A stretch of DNA of 64,000 bases. It comes from Candidatus Krumholzibacteriia bacterium. Its GTDB lineage: Bacteria; Krumholzibacteriota; Krumholzibacteriia; Krumholzibacteriales; Krumholzibacteriaceae. Below are positions 30,192 to 40,056 of the stretch, piece by piece. Location: contig CAWIIQ010000001.1 in NCBI GenBank assembly GCA_963836185.1, positions 1,312,001 through 1,376,000 on the forward strand, in the 5' to 3' direction. A program made the position numbers and the translations under genes. Positions within the stretch are counted from its first letter, which is position 1, and every line of letters begins with the position of its first letter. Under the pieces are notes generated by a model. It saw only the letters and a list, made by a program, of their open reading frames with translations. It had not been told where the DNA came from and did not search any database.

Positions 30192-30990
30192 GATAAAAAA
30201 GGTGCTTCTCGCCGAAAAGGTCAAGCTTCGCAGGAAGAGGACGACATGGTTCGTACCCTCCGCAGTCGCTGTCATGGCACTGCTCGTTTTCATGGCGATC
30301 GCCTATGCCGCGTCGAGGGACTGGGCAGGTATTCCAAGCGGGTTCTATCTCGCTTCTTCGGCATCCGGATGGATGATAAATGTCACGGGGCTGCTCGCGA
30401 TGATAATCACATGTTTCCAGATATCGGGGGAGTTCGCCCTGGGTACGGTAAAACCGGCGTGGGTCAGAGGGCTGTCGAGACATGGATGGCTCTCGGGAAA
30501 GGTTGTTTCGGCCGCGATGGCTGTTACAGTCCTCTTCCTTATCATAATCGCGGTTTCGCTGGTAAGCGCCGGCGCCAGGTATGGATATACCGACCTGAAA
30601 GAGAAAGATTTTATAGTTCATACAGCATCCGCCCTGTGGAAGGGATATTTGGTCAGCGCGGCGCTGACGCTCTTTTCCCTCTGGGCCGTGGTTACGGTCA
30701 CGTCGATGCTGTCTGCCTGTTTCAACAGGCCCGGTTCGGCGATTGCAGTCGTTGTGCTGGTCGCCGTTGCTCTGACGGTAGTGGCTGTGTTCAAACCGGC
30801 GAGGCCGTTTCTTCTCACCTCTGCGATCAGCATGCCCTTTGAGCAGATGACGTCGATGTCGAAGGGGCTGCCGCTGCCGCTTGAATGGGGAGATCTCATA
30901 TGGAGGACCATCGCCTGCGCGGGAAGCTGGCTTGTACTGTCCTGCGCCGCAGGACACGCGATCATTGCGAGAAAGGAGATTACCTTCTAG
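30178..30990 (+). CDS. ABC-2-type exporter permease
   Basis: About 6 TM; 'AEKVKLRRK', 'GEFALGT', 'SGK'; overlaps the ATPase gene. Confidence 0.82.
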   Translation: MMTGEIKKVLLAEKVKLRRKRTTWFVPSAVAVMALLVFMAIAYAASRDWAGIPSGFYLASSASGWMINVTGLLAMIITCFQISGEFALGTVKPAWVRGLSRHGWLSGKVVSAAMAVTVLFLIIIAVSLVSAGARYGYTDLKEKDFIVHTASALWKGYLVSAALTLFSLWAVVTVTSMLSACFNRPGSAIAVVVLVAVALTVVAVFKPARPFLLTSAISMPFEQMTSMSKGLPLPLEWGDLIWRTIACAGSWLVLSCAAGHAIIARKEITF

Positions 30991-30999
30991 AAGGTCATC

Positions 31000-32535
31000 A
31001 TGAAGCATACAACACGAATAGTGAGTTCGATGGTGATTGCGGTCCTTGTCACTGCGGCCATACCATGTGTCGTCTTCGCCGAAGAGGAAGTCTTCAAACG
31101 ATCGACCCTGAGCGTTGCCGACAAGCTTTTGTATCTTGAGGCAGAGGACCTCAATCTCGACGGCCTGAAGGATATCCTCATAATACACCGTAAAGGACTG
31201 CAGCCGCTGGAGACGAAGTGGGTTTCGATATTCTGGCAGATGGAAGACGGCGGATTCTCTACTGCGGCTGATCAGTCGTGGGAGATCGATTCGCTGGCTA
31301 TCTCGATAGATATCGGTGATGTGGTGGGGGACGGGCGCAAGGAACTATGCATCCTTACGCCCACCGGAGTGGGCTATTATCCCATTGATGGCAATGTCTA
31401 CGAGATGACTCTCCGAGTGCTTCTCGAGACTGACGACCTGGCCGGACTGTTTCCATCTAAGAGGACCGTCCCGGTGATCGATTTTGTCAAGGACTGGAAC
31501 GGCGACGGCCGCGATGAGGTCGCCGTATTCAAGTTCAACGGTCTGTCGATCTTTCATCCCGACTCTTCCGGGGCATATTCGATAGAGAACGCGCTGGAAA
31601 TGGAACTGAGGACGGCCATAGGCAGGGTCGTGTCTGAAGGAGAAATGAATCAGACTCCCGGTCTTTATATGGCCTATTCATTCCCCTCGATGAAACTTCT
31701 CGATTTCGACGGGGACGGGTTTGACGATCTGTGTGCCACCAGGCAGGGGTGGGTAAGGGTCTACAGGCGAAATCCGGACGGCTTTTTCGAAGCAAAACCT
31801 GTGATAGATCATTACTTCGATGTGCTCACTCAGAAAGAGAAGATCGAGGGGATAGCGAATGTCCAGACTCTCGTATACGACCTGAACAATGACGGTATGG
31901 GCGACGCTATCGTGACAAAGCAGACGGCTAAAGGGCTCTCCAATTTCAGGGGAGTGATCAATATCTTCAACGGCAGTCCTGAGGGATTCTCTGAAACTCC
32001 GGAGCAGGTCATCATATCGGAAGGGACGGCTTCAGCGCTGTCATTGATCAGGGACGTGAACGGAGACGAGCGTCTTGATCTCATCCTTCCTTCGATAAAG
32101 ATCAGCATAAGCGCTATCATTCGTTTTCTCGTCACAAGATCGATCCCGATCAACTTCAATATCTTCCTTCTTCAGGAGGACAGCAGGTTCTCCGAGCGTC
32201 CCGATTTTACCAAGGAAGTAAAATTCAAGATCGATTTCTCGGGCGACTCTGATACACAGGCGATGGATCTCGACGGTGACTACAACGGGGACAAGCGCAA
32301 GGATTTCGTCTTCGGGACAGGTGAGACCGAGCTGTCGATATATCTCGGTGAATCGGGCCACAAGGACAGGCTCTTTTCCAAGAAACCTGTAGCCAAGGTC
32401 GAGGCCGAGGCGTACGGCGAGATGGAGGCCCTGGACCTGAACAATGACGGATACTCGGACATCACCATCTACTACCCCAACAGCAAGGACAAGAAAGGGA
32501 TGGTCCAGATCCTCATGAACCTCGGCAGAATCTGA
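31000..32535 (+). CDS. Secreted FG-GAP/VCBS repeat beta-propeller protein
   Basis: Repeated DxNxDGxxD motifs (DLNLDGLKD, DWNGDGRDE, DFDGDGFDD, DLNNDGMGD, DVNGDERLD, DYNGDKRKD, DLNNDGYSD). Confidence 0.88.
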   Translation: MKHTTRIVSSMVIAVLVTAAIPCVVFAEEEVFKRSTLSVADKLLYLEAEDLNLDGLKDILIIHRKGLQPLETKWVSIFWQMEDGGFSTAADQSWEIDSLAISIDIGDVVGDGRKELCILTPTGVGYYPIDGNVYEMTLRVLLETDDLAGLFPSKRTVPVIDFVKDWNGDGRDEVAVFKFNGLSIFHPDSSGAYSIENALEMELRTAIGRVVSEGEMNQTPGLYMAYSFPSMKLLDFDGDGFDDLCATRQGWVRVYRRNPDGFFEAKPVIDHYFDVLTQKEKIEGIANVQTLVYDLNNDGMGDAIVTKQTAKGLSNFRGVINIFNGSPEGFSETPEQVIISEGTASALSLIRDVNGDERLDLILPSIKISISAIIRFLVTRSIPINFNIFLLQEDSRFSERPDFTKEVKFKIDFSGDSDTQAMDLDGDYNGDKRKDFVFGTGETELSIYLGESGHKDRLFSKKPVAKVEAEAYGEMEALDLNNDGYSDITIYYPNSKDKKGMVQILMNLGRI

Positions 32536-32552
32536 CAAGGGAGGTTCGAGAA

Positions 32553-33872
32553 ATGATCGATGAGAATGAATCCCTGAGACCCTGCCCGGCGGAGGGGAGA
32601 GAGAGGCTGGCATCGATCGACACTCTCAGGGGGGTGGCGGTCCTTGGTATCCTCGGGATGAACATATACGCATACTCGCTTCCATACATGGCATACGATA
32701 ATCCCACCGTCATGGGAGGATTCACGGGGCCTGACCGTCTCGCCTGGTGGATCACATACATGTTCTTCAGTTTCAAGATTATGCCGGTCTTCTCGATGCT
32801 TTTCGGCGCTGGACTCATGCTGATGTACGACAGGTACGCTTCGAAGGGGATCTCCTTCGGGAGGTTCTGGTACAGGCGCATCCTGCTGCTGATGATGTTC
32901 GGGGCGGTGCATGGCTATCTTCTCTGGACAGGAGACATCCTCTTTCTATACTCGATATGCGGCCTGTTTCTCTATCTCTTCAGAAGGAAGACCGTCAGGA
33001 AACTCTTCATAGCCGCATCCATCTTCTACATCATCGGATTTCTTCCAAACATGGCGGGCGGGTACTACTTCGGTATGATACGGGACGACGTGCTTCCGGA
33101 GGTTGAAAGGAAGACCGCGGCAGGCGAGAAATTGACTGCTGTCGAACAGGCCCAGAAGCAGACGTGGGATGAGACGATAAAGCATTTCAATCCGTCAGAT
33201 GAAGATGTCGAAAAGGACGTCGAGGTCTTCAGGAACGGATATCCCGGGATGGTCACGTATCGCGCTCCTCTATATCTGGCTATGACTACTTATCTGCTCG
33301 TCTTCGGATCGTTCTGGCCGGCTATGGGACTGATGCTGTTCGGTATGGCCTTCGCGAAACTCGGTGTCTTCTCCGCGTCGCGATCGAAAAGGTTCTACCT
33401 TATACTTGCCGTCATCGGCTATGGCGCCGGCCTGCCCCTTGCCTACCTGTCAGCCAGTGGTGCTATCGCTGATGATTTCTCTTTTGTCGAGAGCATGTCT
33501 ACTCGCGGGCCGCTGAACATGCTTGGAGGACCACTCGTAGCCCTCGGCCACGTCGGTATCGTCATGTTTGCCTGCAGGGCATGTCTGCTGTCCGGAATGA
33601 GAAGGATGTTGTCGGAGGCAGGGAGGATGGCCTTGAGCAACTACATAGGACAGACTTTGATCTGCACGACGATATTCTACGGATACGGCCTGGGGCTGTA
33701 CGCCTCATACGGCAGAGCGACCCTGATGCTCCTCGTCCTGGCTGTCTGGATCGTCGAACTGATTGTGAGCCTGATCTGGTTGAGAAGGTTCAGATTCGGC
33801 CCCCTGGAATGGCTGTGGCGGACATTGACTTACGGGCGACCGCAGCCGATGCGGAAACATCCCTCTGAATGA
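32553..33872 (+). CDS. DUF418/YeiB-family membrane protein
   Basis: RLASIDTLRGVAVLGIL, FSMLFGAG, GDILFLY, GRMALSNY and FGPLEWLWR motifs. Confidence 0.92.
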   Translation: MIDENESLRPCPAEGRERLASIDTLRGVAVLGILGMNIYAYSLPYMAYDNPTVMGGFTGPDRLAWWITYMFFSFKIMPVFSMLFGAGLMLMYDRYASKGISFGRFWYRRILLLMMFGAVHGYLLWTGDILFLYSICGLFLYLFRRKTVRKLFIAASIFYIIGFLPNMAGGYYFGMIRDDVLPEVERKTAAGEKLTAVEQAQKQTWDETIKHFNPSDEDVEKDVEVFRNGYPGMVTYRAPLYLAMTTYLLVFGSFWPAMGLMLFGMAFAKLGVFSASRSKRFYLILAVIGYGAGLPLAYLSASGAIADDFSFVESMSTRGPLNMLGGPLVALGHVGIVMFACRACLLSGMRRMLSEAGRMALSNYIGQTLICTTIFYGYGLGLYASYGRATLMLLVLAVWIVELIVSLIWLRRFRFGPLEWLWRTLTYGRPQPMRKHPSE

Positions 33873-33925
33873 ACTGGCATATCAGCTGAAGTTTGATATA
33901 TTTAACATATAACAGGGGGTTAGAA

Positions 33926-34786
33926 ATGAAGGTCAGGTACATACTTGTCGCCCCTCTTGCCGCCGTCCTTGTCTTGAGTCTCGCCTGCAGTGATGAGAAT
34001 GTCGACCCTCTAGGACAGGGTCCGCCGCGGGACGTTATCCTTCCCGATCTATCCGAGAACATAATCATCGCCTACGAGCAGACAGTCTTTATCGAGTCTG
34101 AAGGGATCTCCGTTACGTTCAGGGAATTCTCGGAAAGCCGCTGCCCGAAGGGTGCGGTATGTGTCTGGGAGGGGGAGGGTCTCGTCGAATTGATATTTGA
34201 GAACGCCCGGGGAGATATTGTGAGCGCTCTGCCCGTTATAAGACCAGGCAGGGATCCGGAGAGGTATACCTGGCTCAAGGCGTACGTCATGGATTACCGC
34301 GTCACGTTGCTCGAACTGGAGCCGTATCCGGAGGTGGACACTCAGTCCAGTCCGGAGGAATATACGGCCCTCCTGAAGATCGAGAGGATCCCCGACCCGA
34401 GCGGATGTGATCATGTGATGTTTACCCAGGGCGATCCGACAGCGATGTGCAGGGACGAGCTGGCAATACTGGGAGGTTCGATCGACGGGATCATACTCAA
34501 GGTCTATGTCAACTATGGAGGAGGCTGTGGAGATCACGATTTTATCCTCCTCGGCAGGCCGAATTTCATGGAATCTTACCCGGTGCAGATCGACCTCTAT
34601 GTGCATCACAGCAATATCGACGATTATTGTGACGCGATCGTCAGCGATACTCTCTGTTTCGATGTGCGCAGAGTCGCCGAGTTGTACGAGGGTGTCTACC
34701 AGTCCTGCGACGATATACTGATCAATGTTCTGGACTGCAACCTGAACGATCCGGATGAGAAGTTCCAGGTGATGCTGAGGCCCTAG
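33926..34786 (+). CDS. Hypothetical two-domain lipoprotein
   Basis: Lipobox SLAC; 'ESRCPKGAVCVWEG' domain; 'YGGGC..HDF..FMESYPVQ..D.CDA' domain. Confidence 0.75.
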   Translation: MKVRYILVAPLAAVLVLSLACSDENVDPLGQGPPRDVILPDLSENIIIAYEQTVFIESEGISVTFREFSESRCPKGAVCVWEGEGLVELIFENARGDIVSALPVIRPGRDPERYTWLKAYVMDYRVTLLELEPYPEVDTQSSPEEYTALLKIERIPDPSGCDHVMFTQGDPTAMCRDELAILGGSIDGIILKVYVNYGGGCGDHDFILLGRPNFMESYPVQIDLYVHHSNIDDYCDAIVSDTLCFDVRRVAELYEGVYQSCDDILINVLDCNLNDPDEKFQVMLRP

Positions 34787-34796
34787 GGAGAAACGC

Positions 34797-35657
34797 TCAG
34801 TCCTCGAATCCCTCGAAGCTGCGGCCGGCGTAGGCGTCGCACTTCGAGCACAGTTCGATCTTCTCGCGCTCGCCCCTTGCCAGATATTCCGCGAATTCAA
34901 GTCTTTGAGCGCCGTTCCAGATATCGAGGACGCTGTCATCGTTGACGTTGCCGATCACGGCTCTTCCTGCGATGTCCCAGCAGCATAGTACGGCGCGGCC
35001 GTCGGTGTAGAAGAACATCTCTTCACGCATCTTGATGCATGGTTTGCGGACCATCTCTACGCCTTCTGTCCAGGGCCAGTTGTACAGCGGAACGATGAGG
35101 GCTCTGTCGACACGTTCACTCCAGTATTCGATGTAGTCACGCTGCTCATGGCGGTTGGATGCCATGTCGATCATCCTGACCTCGGTCTCGATCGTCTTTT
35201 CCGACTCCCCTGCCATGCGGGCGAACCTCTCGATGTTCGTGACGACGCGGTCATAGTCAAGCCCCACGCGGTCCTTCTCATATGACTCTGCGGAGAAGGC
35301 GTCGATACTGAACCTTACTATGTCGATTCCAGCATCGATCAGTGCGGCGGCATTCTTCTCGGTGAGAGCGTTTCCATTCGTGTTGATCTCAGCATGAGCT
35401 GTAATGTCCTGTTTGATGTATGCAACGATTTCGGGAAGCCTCGTGTCAATAAGGGCCTCGTTCTGCAGGAACGGCCTGTAGGTGATGCCGAGGCCGCGGG
35501 TGTCGTCGATGATCTTCTTCCACGTCGCGTCAGGCATTCTTCGCGGCGTCCTGTCTATGTCTCTCTGGGGGCAGAAGGGGCACTGCGCGTCGCAGCCGAT
35601 CATCGATTCTATCTGTATGAATCTCGGTTTCTTCGGGAATCCTTGTTTATCGGTCAC
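34797..35657 (-). CDS. Radical SAM protein with SPASM/twitch domain
   Basis: CDAQCPFC (CxxxCxxC); INTNG; C-terminal 'PC..DGRAVLCCWD..IGN..CSKC'. Confidence 0.9.
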   Translation of the reverse strand: MTDKQGFPKKPRFIQIESMIGCDAQCPFCPQRDIDRTPRRMPDATWKKIIDDTRGLGITYRPFLQNEALIDTRLPEIVAYIKQDITAHAEINTNGNALTEKNAAALIDAGIDIVRFSIDAFSAESYEKDRVGLDYDRVVTNIERFARMAGESEKTIETEVRMIDMASNRHEQRDYIEYWSERVDRALIVPLYNWPWTEGVEMVRKPCIKMREEMFFYTDGRAVLCCWDIAGRAVIGNVNDDSVLDIWNGAQRLEFAEYLARGEREKIELCSKCDAYAGRSFEGFED

Positions 35658-35658
35658 T

Positions 35659-36972
35659 TCATGCCTTTCCGCTGTCGATATGTTTCTCTATCAGTTCCAG
35701 GCAACGCGGTGCCGCGCCGCATCTTTTTCTTATGAATTCCGATGCCGTCCTGCCAAGTGACTCCAGAAGCGCCCGGTCTTTCAGCAGGGCTTCGGTTTCC
35801 CTCGCGAATTCCTCGTCCGAGTGGACGACTTTACCGGAGCCGAGCCGGACCAGCATACCAGCTTCCCATGAATTGTCAATCTTCGGCCCGAAAAATACGG
35901 GCAATTCCAGGACGGCGGGTTCCATCACATTGTGTACGCCTGTCGTCCAGCTTCCGCCTACATACGCGATGTCGCCGGCCCTGTAAAGTTCGGCGAGGTA
36001 TCCGATCCCGTCGGCGATTATCACAGGAGTATCGGCGTCCCATTTCTCGATGCCGGAGAGGCGAGCCGAGCGCAATCCGTTTTTCCCGAGCGCTGTCTCG
36101 ATAGCGCTGAGCCTCGATGCGGTCGGTTCGTGCGGCGCTACTATCATCGCCGTGTTCGGCTGTGTGCCGAGGACCCTGGCGAATCCGGGGATGACTATAT
36201 CCTCGTCCTTCGGCCAGGTGCTGCCGGCGATTATCATCGGGCGTGAGTCTTCGAGGACCACCCTGGAGATCTTCACTGTCGAGTTGTCGATGCGCTGGCA
36301 GACCTGATCAAACCTCGTATCGCCGGCAGTGATGATCTCGGTTATTTTCCCGAGGTGATTCGAGAAGCGCTCCGCATCCTCGTCTGATATTGCCGCTATA
36401 GCATCAAGTGTCGAATAGATCGATCCATAGAATCTTTTAGCCGGGCCGGAAAGCCTCTTTGAGGAGGGAGAGAGGGTGCCGGAGATGAGTATCTGGGGGA
36501 TCCCTCTCGATCCGGCCTCGAATATGAGGTTAGGCCATAGATCGAATTTCACGTATACGATCATATCGGGCTTCAGCGTGTCGAGGCAGAAGCGCATGTT
36601 TGAGACTGTATCGATAGGCAGGTAGTCGACGAATACAAGGGATGTGTTTTTTACCGACCTGTCATGCTTTCTGAAATAGTCTATCCCCGAAGGTGAGAAG
36701 AATGTAAGCACGATCTGAGTGGAACCACCGTGCTTTTCGGCGAGAAGATCCATGACTGGTCTGGCCTGAAGGAACTCTCCGACAGACGAGACATGGAACC
36801 AGATCGTTCTTTTGCCGGGATCGAGAGCATCAGCGCTCTTGCTCCATCTCTCCCTAAGGTCTTTTCGTCCCCCGATTCCATCGGCGATCTTGGCGTTGAA
36901 CTTCGCCGAGACCTTTGCCCCGACCGCGGCGACAGGAAGGAGGAGGTTATATAATCCTCGTGCGAGACTCAT
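35659..36972 (-). CDS. waaA: 3-deoxy-D-manno-octulosonic acid (Kdo) transferase
   Basis: IWFHVSSVGE, YLPID, DLWPN, GDTRFD, AGSTW, APHEP, GYLAELY and HNVMEPA motifs. Confidence 0.92.
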   Translation of the reverse strand: MSLARGLYNLLLPVAAVGAKVSAKFNAKIADGIGGRKDLRERWSKSADALDPGKRTIWFHVSSVGEFLQARPVMDLLAEKHGGSTQIVLTFFSPSGIDYFRKHDRSVKNTSLVFVDYLPIDTVSNMRFCLDTLKPDMIVYVKFDLWPNLIFEAGSRGIPQILISGTLSPSSKRLSGPAKRFYGSIYSTLDAIAAISDEDAERFSNHLGKITEIITAGDTRFDQVCQRIDNSTVKISRVVLEDSRPMIIAGSTWPKDEDIVIPGFARVLGTQPNTAMIVAPHEPTASRLSAIETALGKNGLRSARLSGIEKWDADTPVIIADGIGYLAELYRAGDIAYVGGSWTTGVHNVMEPAVLELPVFFGPKIDNSWEAGMLVRLGSGKVVHSDEEFARETEALLKDRALLESLGRTASEFIRKRCGAAPRCLELIEKHIDSGKA

Positions 36973-38003
36973 CCTTCTCCTCCAGTCGATCCGAGGACCT
37001 GGTCGATGGCGGACACGACTTCGTCTGTATCGATCGTGTCGAGACAGTCCCGGTTTTCGATATGGCAGGGCCTGGCGCCATTACGTGAACATGGCCGGCA
37101 TTCAAGATCCTTTTCCAATACGATACTTGCGTCGAGAAGAGGATAATAGCCGAATTGTCTGACTGTGGGACCGAAAAGCGCGACGACAGGAGTGCCTACC
37201 GCCTCAGCCATATGCAGGGGAGCTGAGTCATTGGAAACCAGTACCGATGCCTTTTTCAGCGCTGATGCGGTCTCCATAAGTGAGAGTCTGCCGCAGGCGT
37301 TGACGGAACCATCGGAGGATGCTGCGATCCGGCAGATATCCTTCTCGGACGCCGCGCCGATGATCAGGACACCGCACCCGAGTCTGTCAGCCAGGCTGGA
37401 GAATCTTTCGGCGGGCCATCTCTTAGTCTCCCATCTTGCGCCTGGAGCAAGTGCGACGACCTGGTGTCCGGTCAATCCGTTCTCCCTGAAAAGCCTGTCA
37501 ACCGCGGCTTCCGCTTCGGGAGGAGGATCAAGCCTCGTGGAGACATCAGGGATCTCTTCTCCGAGCGCCCCGATCAGGCCCAGGTACCTGTCCTTCATCG
37601 ATACGGTATCTCTGTACAGATCCTTCCCCGCCCTTATAAGGGACAGTTTTCGGACCTGGTCTTTACCCAGCTGGACTTTCCTGCCTGCCCTGAGTGTCCG
37701 GTAGAGGAAGTTGCTGCGGATCACGTTATGCGCATCGATGATGATATCGAATCTTTCAGCGGCAAGCCGCTTCCTCAAGCCAAGAAGTTCACCGATCCCC
37801 GCGCTGATGGGAAGAGAGTGTATCCTGGCGATATTACCGTTACTTTCGAATATCTCATCGTACTGTTCTTTAGTCGCCAGATGGAGCTCGTAACCGGGGT
37901 ATGTGACGGCGATTGCCTCTACGAGAGCCGAGAGGAGGACGAGGTCTCCAAGTGAGCTGAACCTGATCAGGAGTATCCTGGGACGATTTTCATTCATAAG
38001 CAT
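36969..38003 (-). CDS. Glycosyltransferase family 9 (LPS heptosyltransferase, WaaF/WaaC-like)
   Basis: IRFSSLGD, APGARWETKRWP, SNDSAPLHMAEAVGTPVVALFGPT and CRPCS motifs. Confidence 0.9.
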   Translation of the reverse strand: MLMNENRPRILLIRFSSLGDLVLLSALVEAIAVTYPGYELHLATKEQYDEIFESNGNIARIHSLPISAGIGELLGLRKRLAAERFDIIIDAHNVIRSNFLYRTLRAGRKVQLGKDQVRKLSLIRAGKDLYRDTVSMKDRYLGLIGALGEEIPDVSTRLDPPPEAEAAVDRLFRENGLTGHQVVALAPGARWETKRWPAERFSSLADRLGCGVLIIGAASEKDICRIAASSDGSVNACGRLSLMETASALKKASVLVSNDSAPLHMAEAVGTPVVALFGPTVRQFGYYPLLDASIVLEKDLECRPCSRNGARPCHIENRDCLDTIDTDEVVSAIDQVLGSTGGEG

Positions 38004-38315
38004 CTGGCCTGTATGGAGTTTGCTCATGGGAATATACAGCAAGGGGCCAGGCAAGTCCAGACGCAATGCACTCCGAATTCCGGTAATCCGAAAAATTTGT
38101 TAAATGAGCAAAATGGATGTTGAAAAAGCAGCACAATTATTACATTATTCATATTGAAAACGTAATTGCTCGTTTTTTATTTATTATAAAGTTTGTAATT
38201 TGCACTTTAATTGATTGCGCATTGGTCACAGTGATGCTGGATGATGATTGATGGATGGGCGATCGATTGTCGCAGGAAGTAATCCACAAAATAGAGGGAA
38301 CGGGGGATTCACTAT

Positions 38316-38876
38316 ATGGAAACCAGGAACGAGATAGGTTCCCGCATCAAGCAGTTCCGGCTCGCAAAGGGCCTGACACTGAAGGACATAGAGCTCAAGG
38401 CCAAGGTCTCGGCCACCCATGTCTCTGAGATAGAGAGGGGAATGACCTCTCCGACTGTAGGCGCGCTGGCCAAGATCGCCAGGGCTATGGGAACCGATGT
38501 GGCCTATTTCGTCGAAAAGAAGAACCTCTCGAACATCTCGGTAGTCCGCAGGGACGAGCGCAGGACGATGCAGTTCAAGGATTGGGGGGCTACTTACCTT
38601 TCTCTGACACAGGATCTTCCGCATCCGAGGATCTCCTTCCTCGAGGTCATTCTCGAACCCGGTATCGCAAGGCCGGAAGAGACCAGCACGCACGATGGCG
38701 AGGAATTCGCTCTGGTGACCAAGGGAGTAATGGAAATCATCATCGGAGAAGAGAAATATATTCTCAAGGAAGGCGACAGCATCCATTACAAATCTAACAA
38801 ACCACATGCCATGAGGAACATCGGCGATGCCAGATGTCGCGCCATCTGGGTGACCCTGCCGCCGTTCAGCCTGTAA
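38316..38876 (+). CDS. XRE-HTH plus cupin transcriptional regulator (paralog 1)
   Basis: HTH 'SATHVSEIERGMTSPTVGAL'; cupin 'HDGEE..GDSIHY..PH'. Confidence 0.92.
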   Translation: METRNEIGSRIKQFRLAKGLTLKDIELKAKVSATHVSEIERGMTSPTVGALAKIARAMGTDVAYFVEKKNLSNISVVRRDERRTMQFKDWGATYLSLTQDLPHPRISFLEVILEPGIARPEETSTHDGEEFALVTKGVMEIIIGEEKYILKEGDSIHYKSNKPHAMRNIGDARCRAIWVTLPPFSL

Positions 38877-38897
38877 CCGGAAACAGCTGGAGAAATA

Positions 38898-39467
38898 ATG
38901 GACATGATCACCAAGGAAGAAATCGGCAGACGGATCAAAAAGATCAGGGAGCAGCAGCACCTTACGCTCAAGAACGTAGAGGCGAAAGCCGGGATATCGG
39001 CGACTCATATATCAGAGATCGAGAGGGGCAAGACCTCTCCTACCATCGGCGCGCTGATCCGCATCGCCGATGCTCTGGGAAAAGATCCAGCTTACTTTAT
39101 CGAGGACCAGGAACTCAGCGACGTCTCCTTCATCGCCCTCGAGGACCGGGTCAAGAAGAAGCTCGAGAAGGCAGCAGGAGAGATCGAGGTGCTGACCAAC
39201 TCGATACCGAGCGGCAAGATCAACTCGCAGTTGATAACGCTCGCTCCGAGTCCCGCGGAAGAGATAACGATGCATGCCCATGACGCGGATGAGGCCGTAC
39301 TGGTGCTTTCGGGCGGGGTCAGGTTCAGGGTGGAGGACAAGGAGTACGAGTTGAGTGAGGGAGACAGCATCTACTATGTCGCCAGCCAGGAGCACGGCTA
39401 CGCCAACGCTTCGGACAGCGAGGAAGCGAAGATGATATGGTTTGCCTCCGAGCGAGGTGTCGACTAG
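38898..39467 (+). CDS. XRE-HTH plus cupin transcriptional regulator (paralog 2)
   Basis: HTH 'SATHISEIERGKTSPTIGAL'; cupin 'HAHDADE..GDSIYY..EH'. Confidence 0.92.
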   Translation: MDMITKEEIGRRIKKIREQQHLTLKNVEAKAGISATHISEIERGKTSPTIGALIRIADALGKDPAYFIEDQELSDVSFIALEDRVKKKLEKAAGEIEVLTNSIPSGKINSQLITLAPSPAEEITMHAHDADEAVLVLSGGVRFRVEDKEYELSEGDSIYYVASQEHGYANASDSEEAKMIWFASERGVD

Positions 39468-39532
39468 GCGGTCAGGAATCAACCGAGGGAAGAGGTTTTC
39501 CAGCGCCTGAAAGCGTCTAACAGTAATTATCG

Positions 39533-39563
39533 CCGCCGGTTTCATGGAAATCGGCGGTTTTTT
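39533..39563 (+). terminator. Intrinsic terminator
   Basis: CCGCCGGTTTC-atg-GAAATCGGCGG followed by TTTTTT. Confidence 0.7.
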
Positions 39564-39633
39564 ATTGCTCGATTTATATTGACACATCATTTTTAACGAA
39601 ATTATAGTCTGAACCTGTAAGGAGGGAGTTGAA

Positions 39634-40017
39634 TTGGATAACGACAACAATAACACCGACTATGCTCGCGATACCTTTCTGTTCCAACACCTTGTCGTGA
39701 TGTTTCAGACCCTCGCACTTCAACAGATGGGAAAGCTCACCAGCCCCATAACGGGTAAAGTGGAAAGAGATTTGCATCAGGCGAAGATTACCGTCGATAT
39801 GCTGGGCATGATCCAGAAAAGGACCGAGGGGAATCTCGAAGAAAACGAGAAGAAGATCCTCGATACGGTCATGATGGAACTCCAGATGAATTACATCGAC
39901 GAGACCGCCAGGGCGGAGAAAGAAGAAGAGGGACCGGCGGTAGAGGAGAATGAAAACGAGATCGAAGAGGATCCTGACAAGGGTGGAACGGAGGAAGAGC
40001 CTGCTGGCGACGCCTGA
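39634..40017 (+). CDS. DUF1844-family protein with acidic tail
   Basis: 'ALQQMG..SP.TGK.ERDL.QAK..VDML..IQKRTEGNL..E..IL...ELQMNY'. Confidence 0.85.
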   Translation: MDNDNNNTDYARDTFLFQHLVVMFQTLALQQMGKLTSPITGKVERDLHQAKITVDMLGMIQKRTEGNLEENEKKILDTVMMELQMNYIDETARAEKEEEGPAVEENENEIEEDPDKGGTEEEPAGDA

Positions 40018-40056
40018 CCTGCCCCGGGATCCGTCGATGAGCCGAGGAGGTAAAGG

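Noticed and set aside
39468-39530. Possible small RNA between the XRE-cupin pair and its terminator
   Set aside because: No convincing stems or recognisable consensus.
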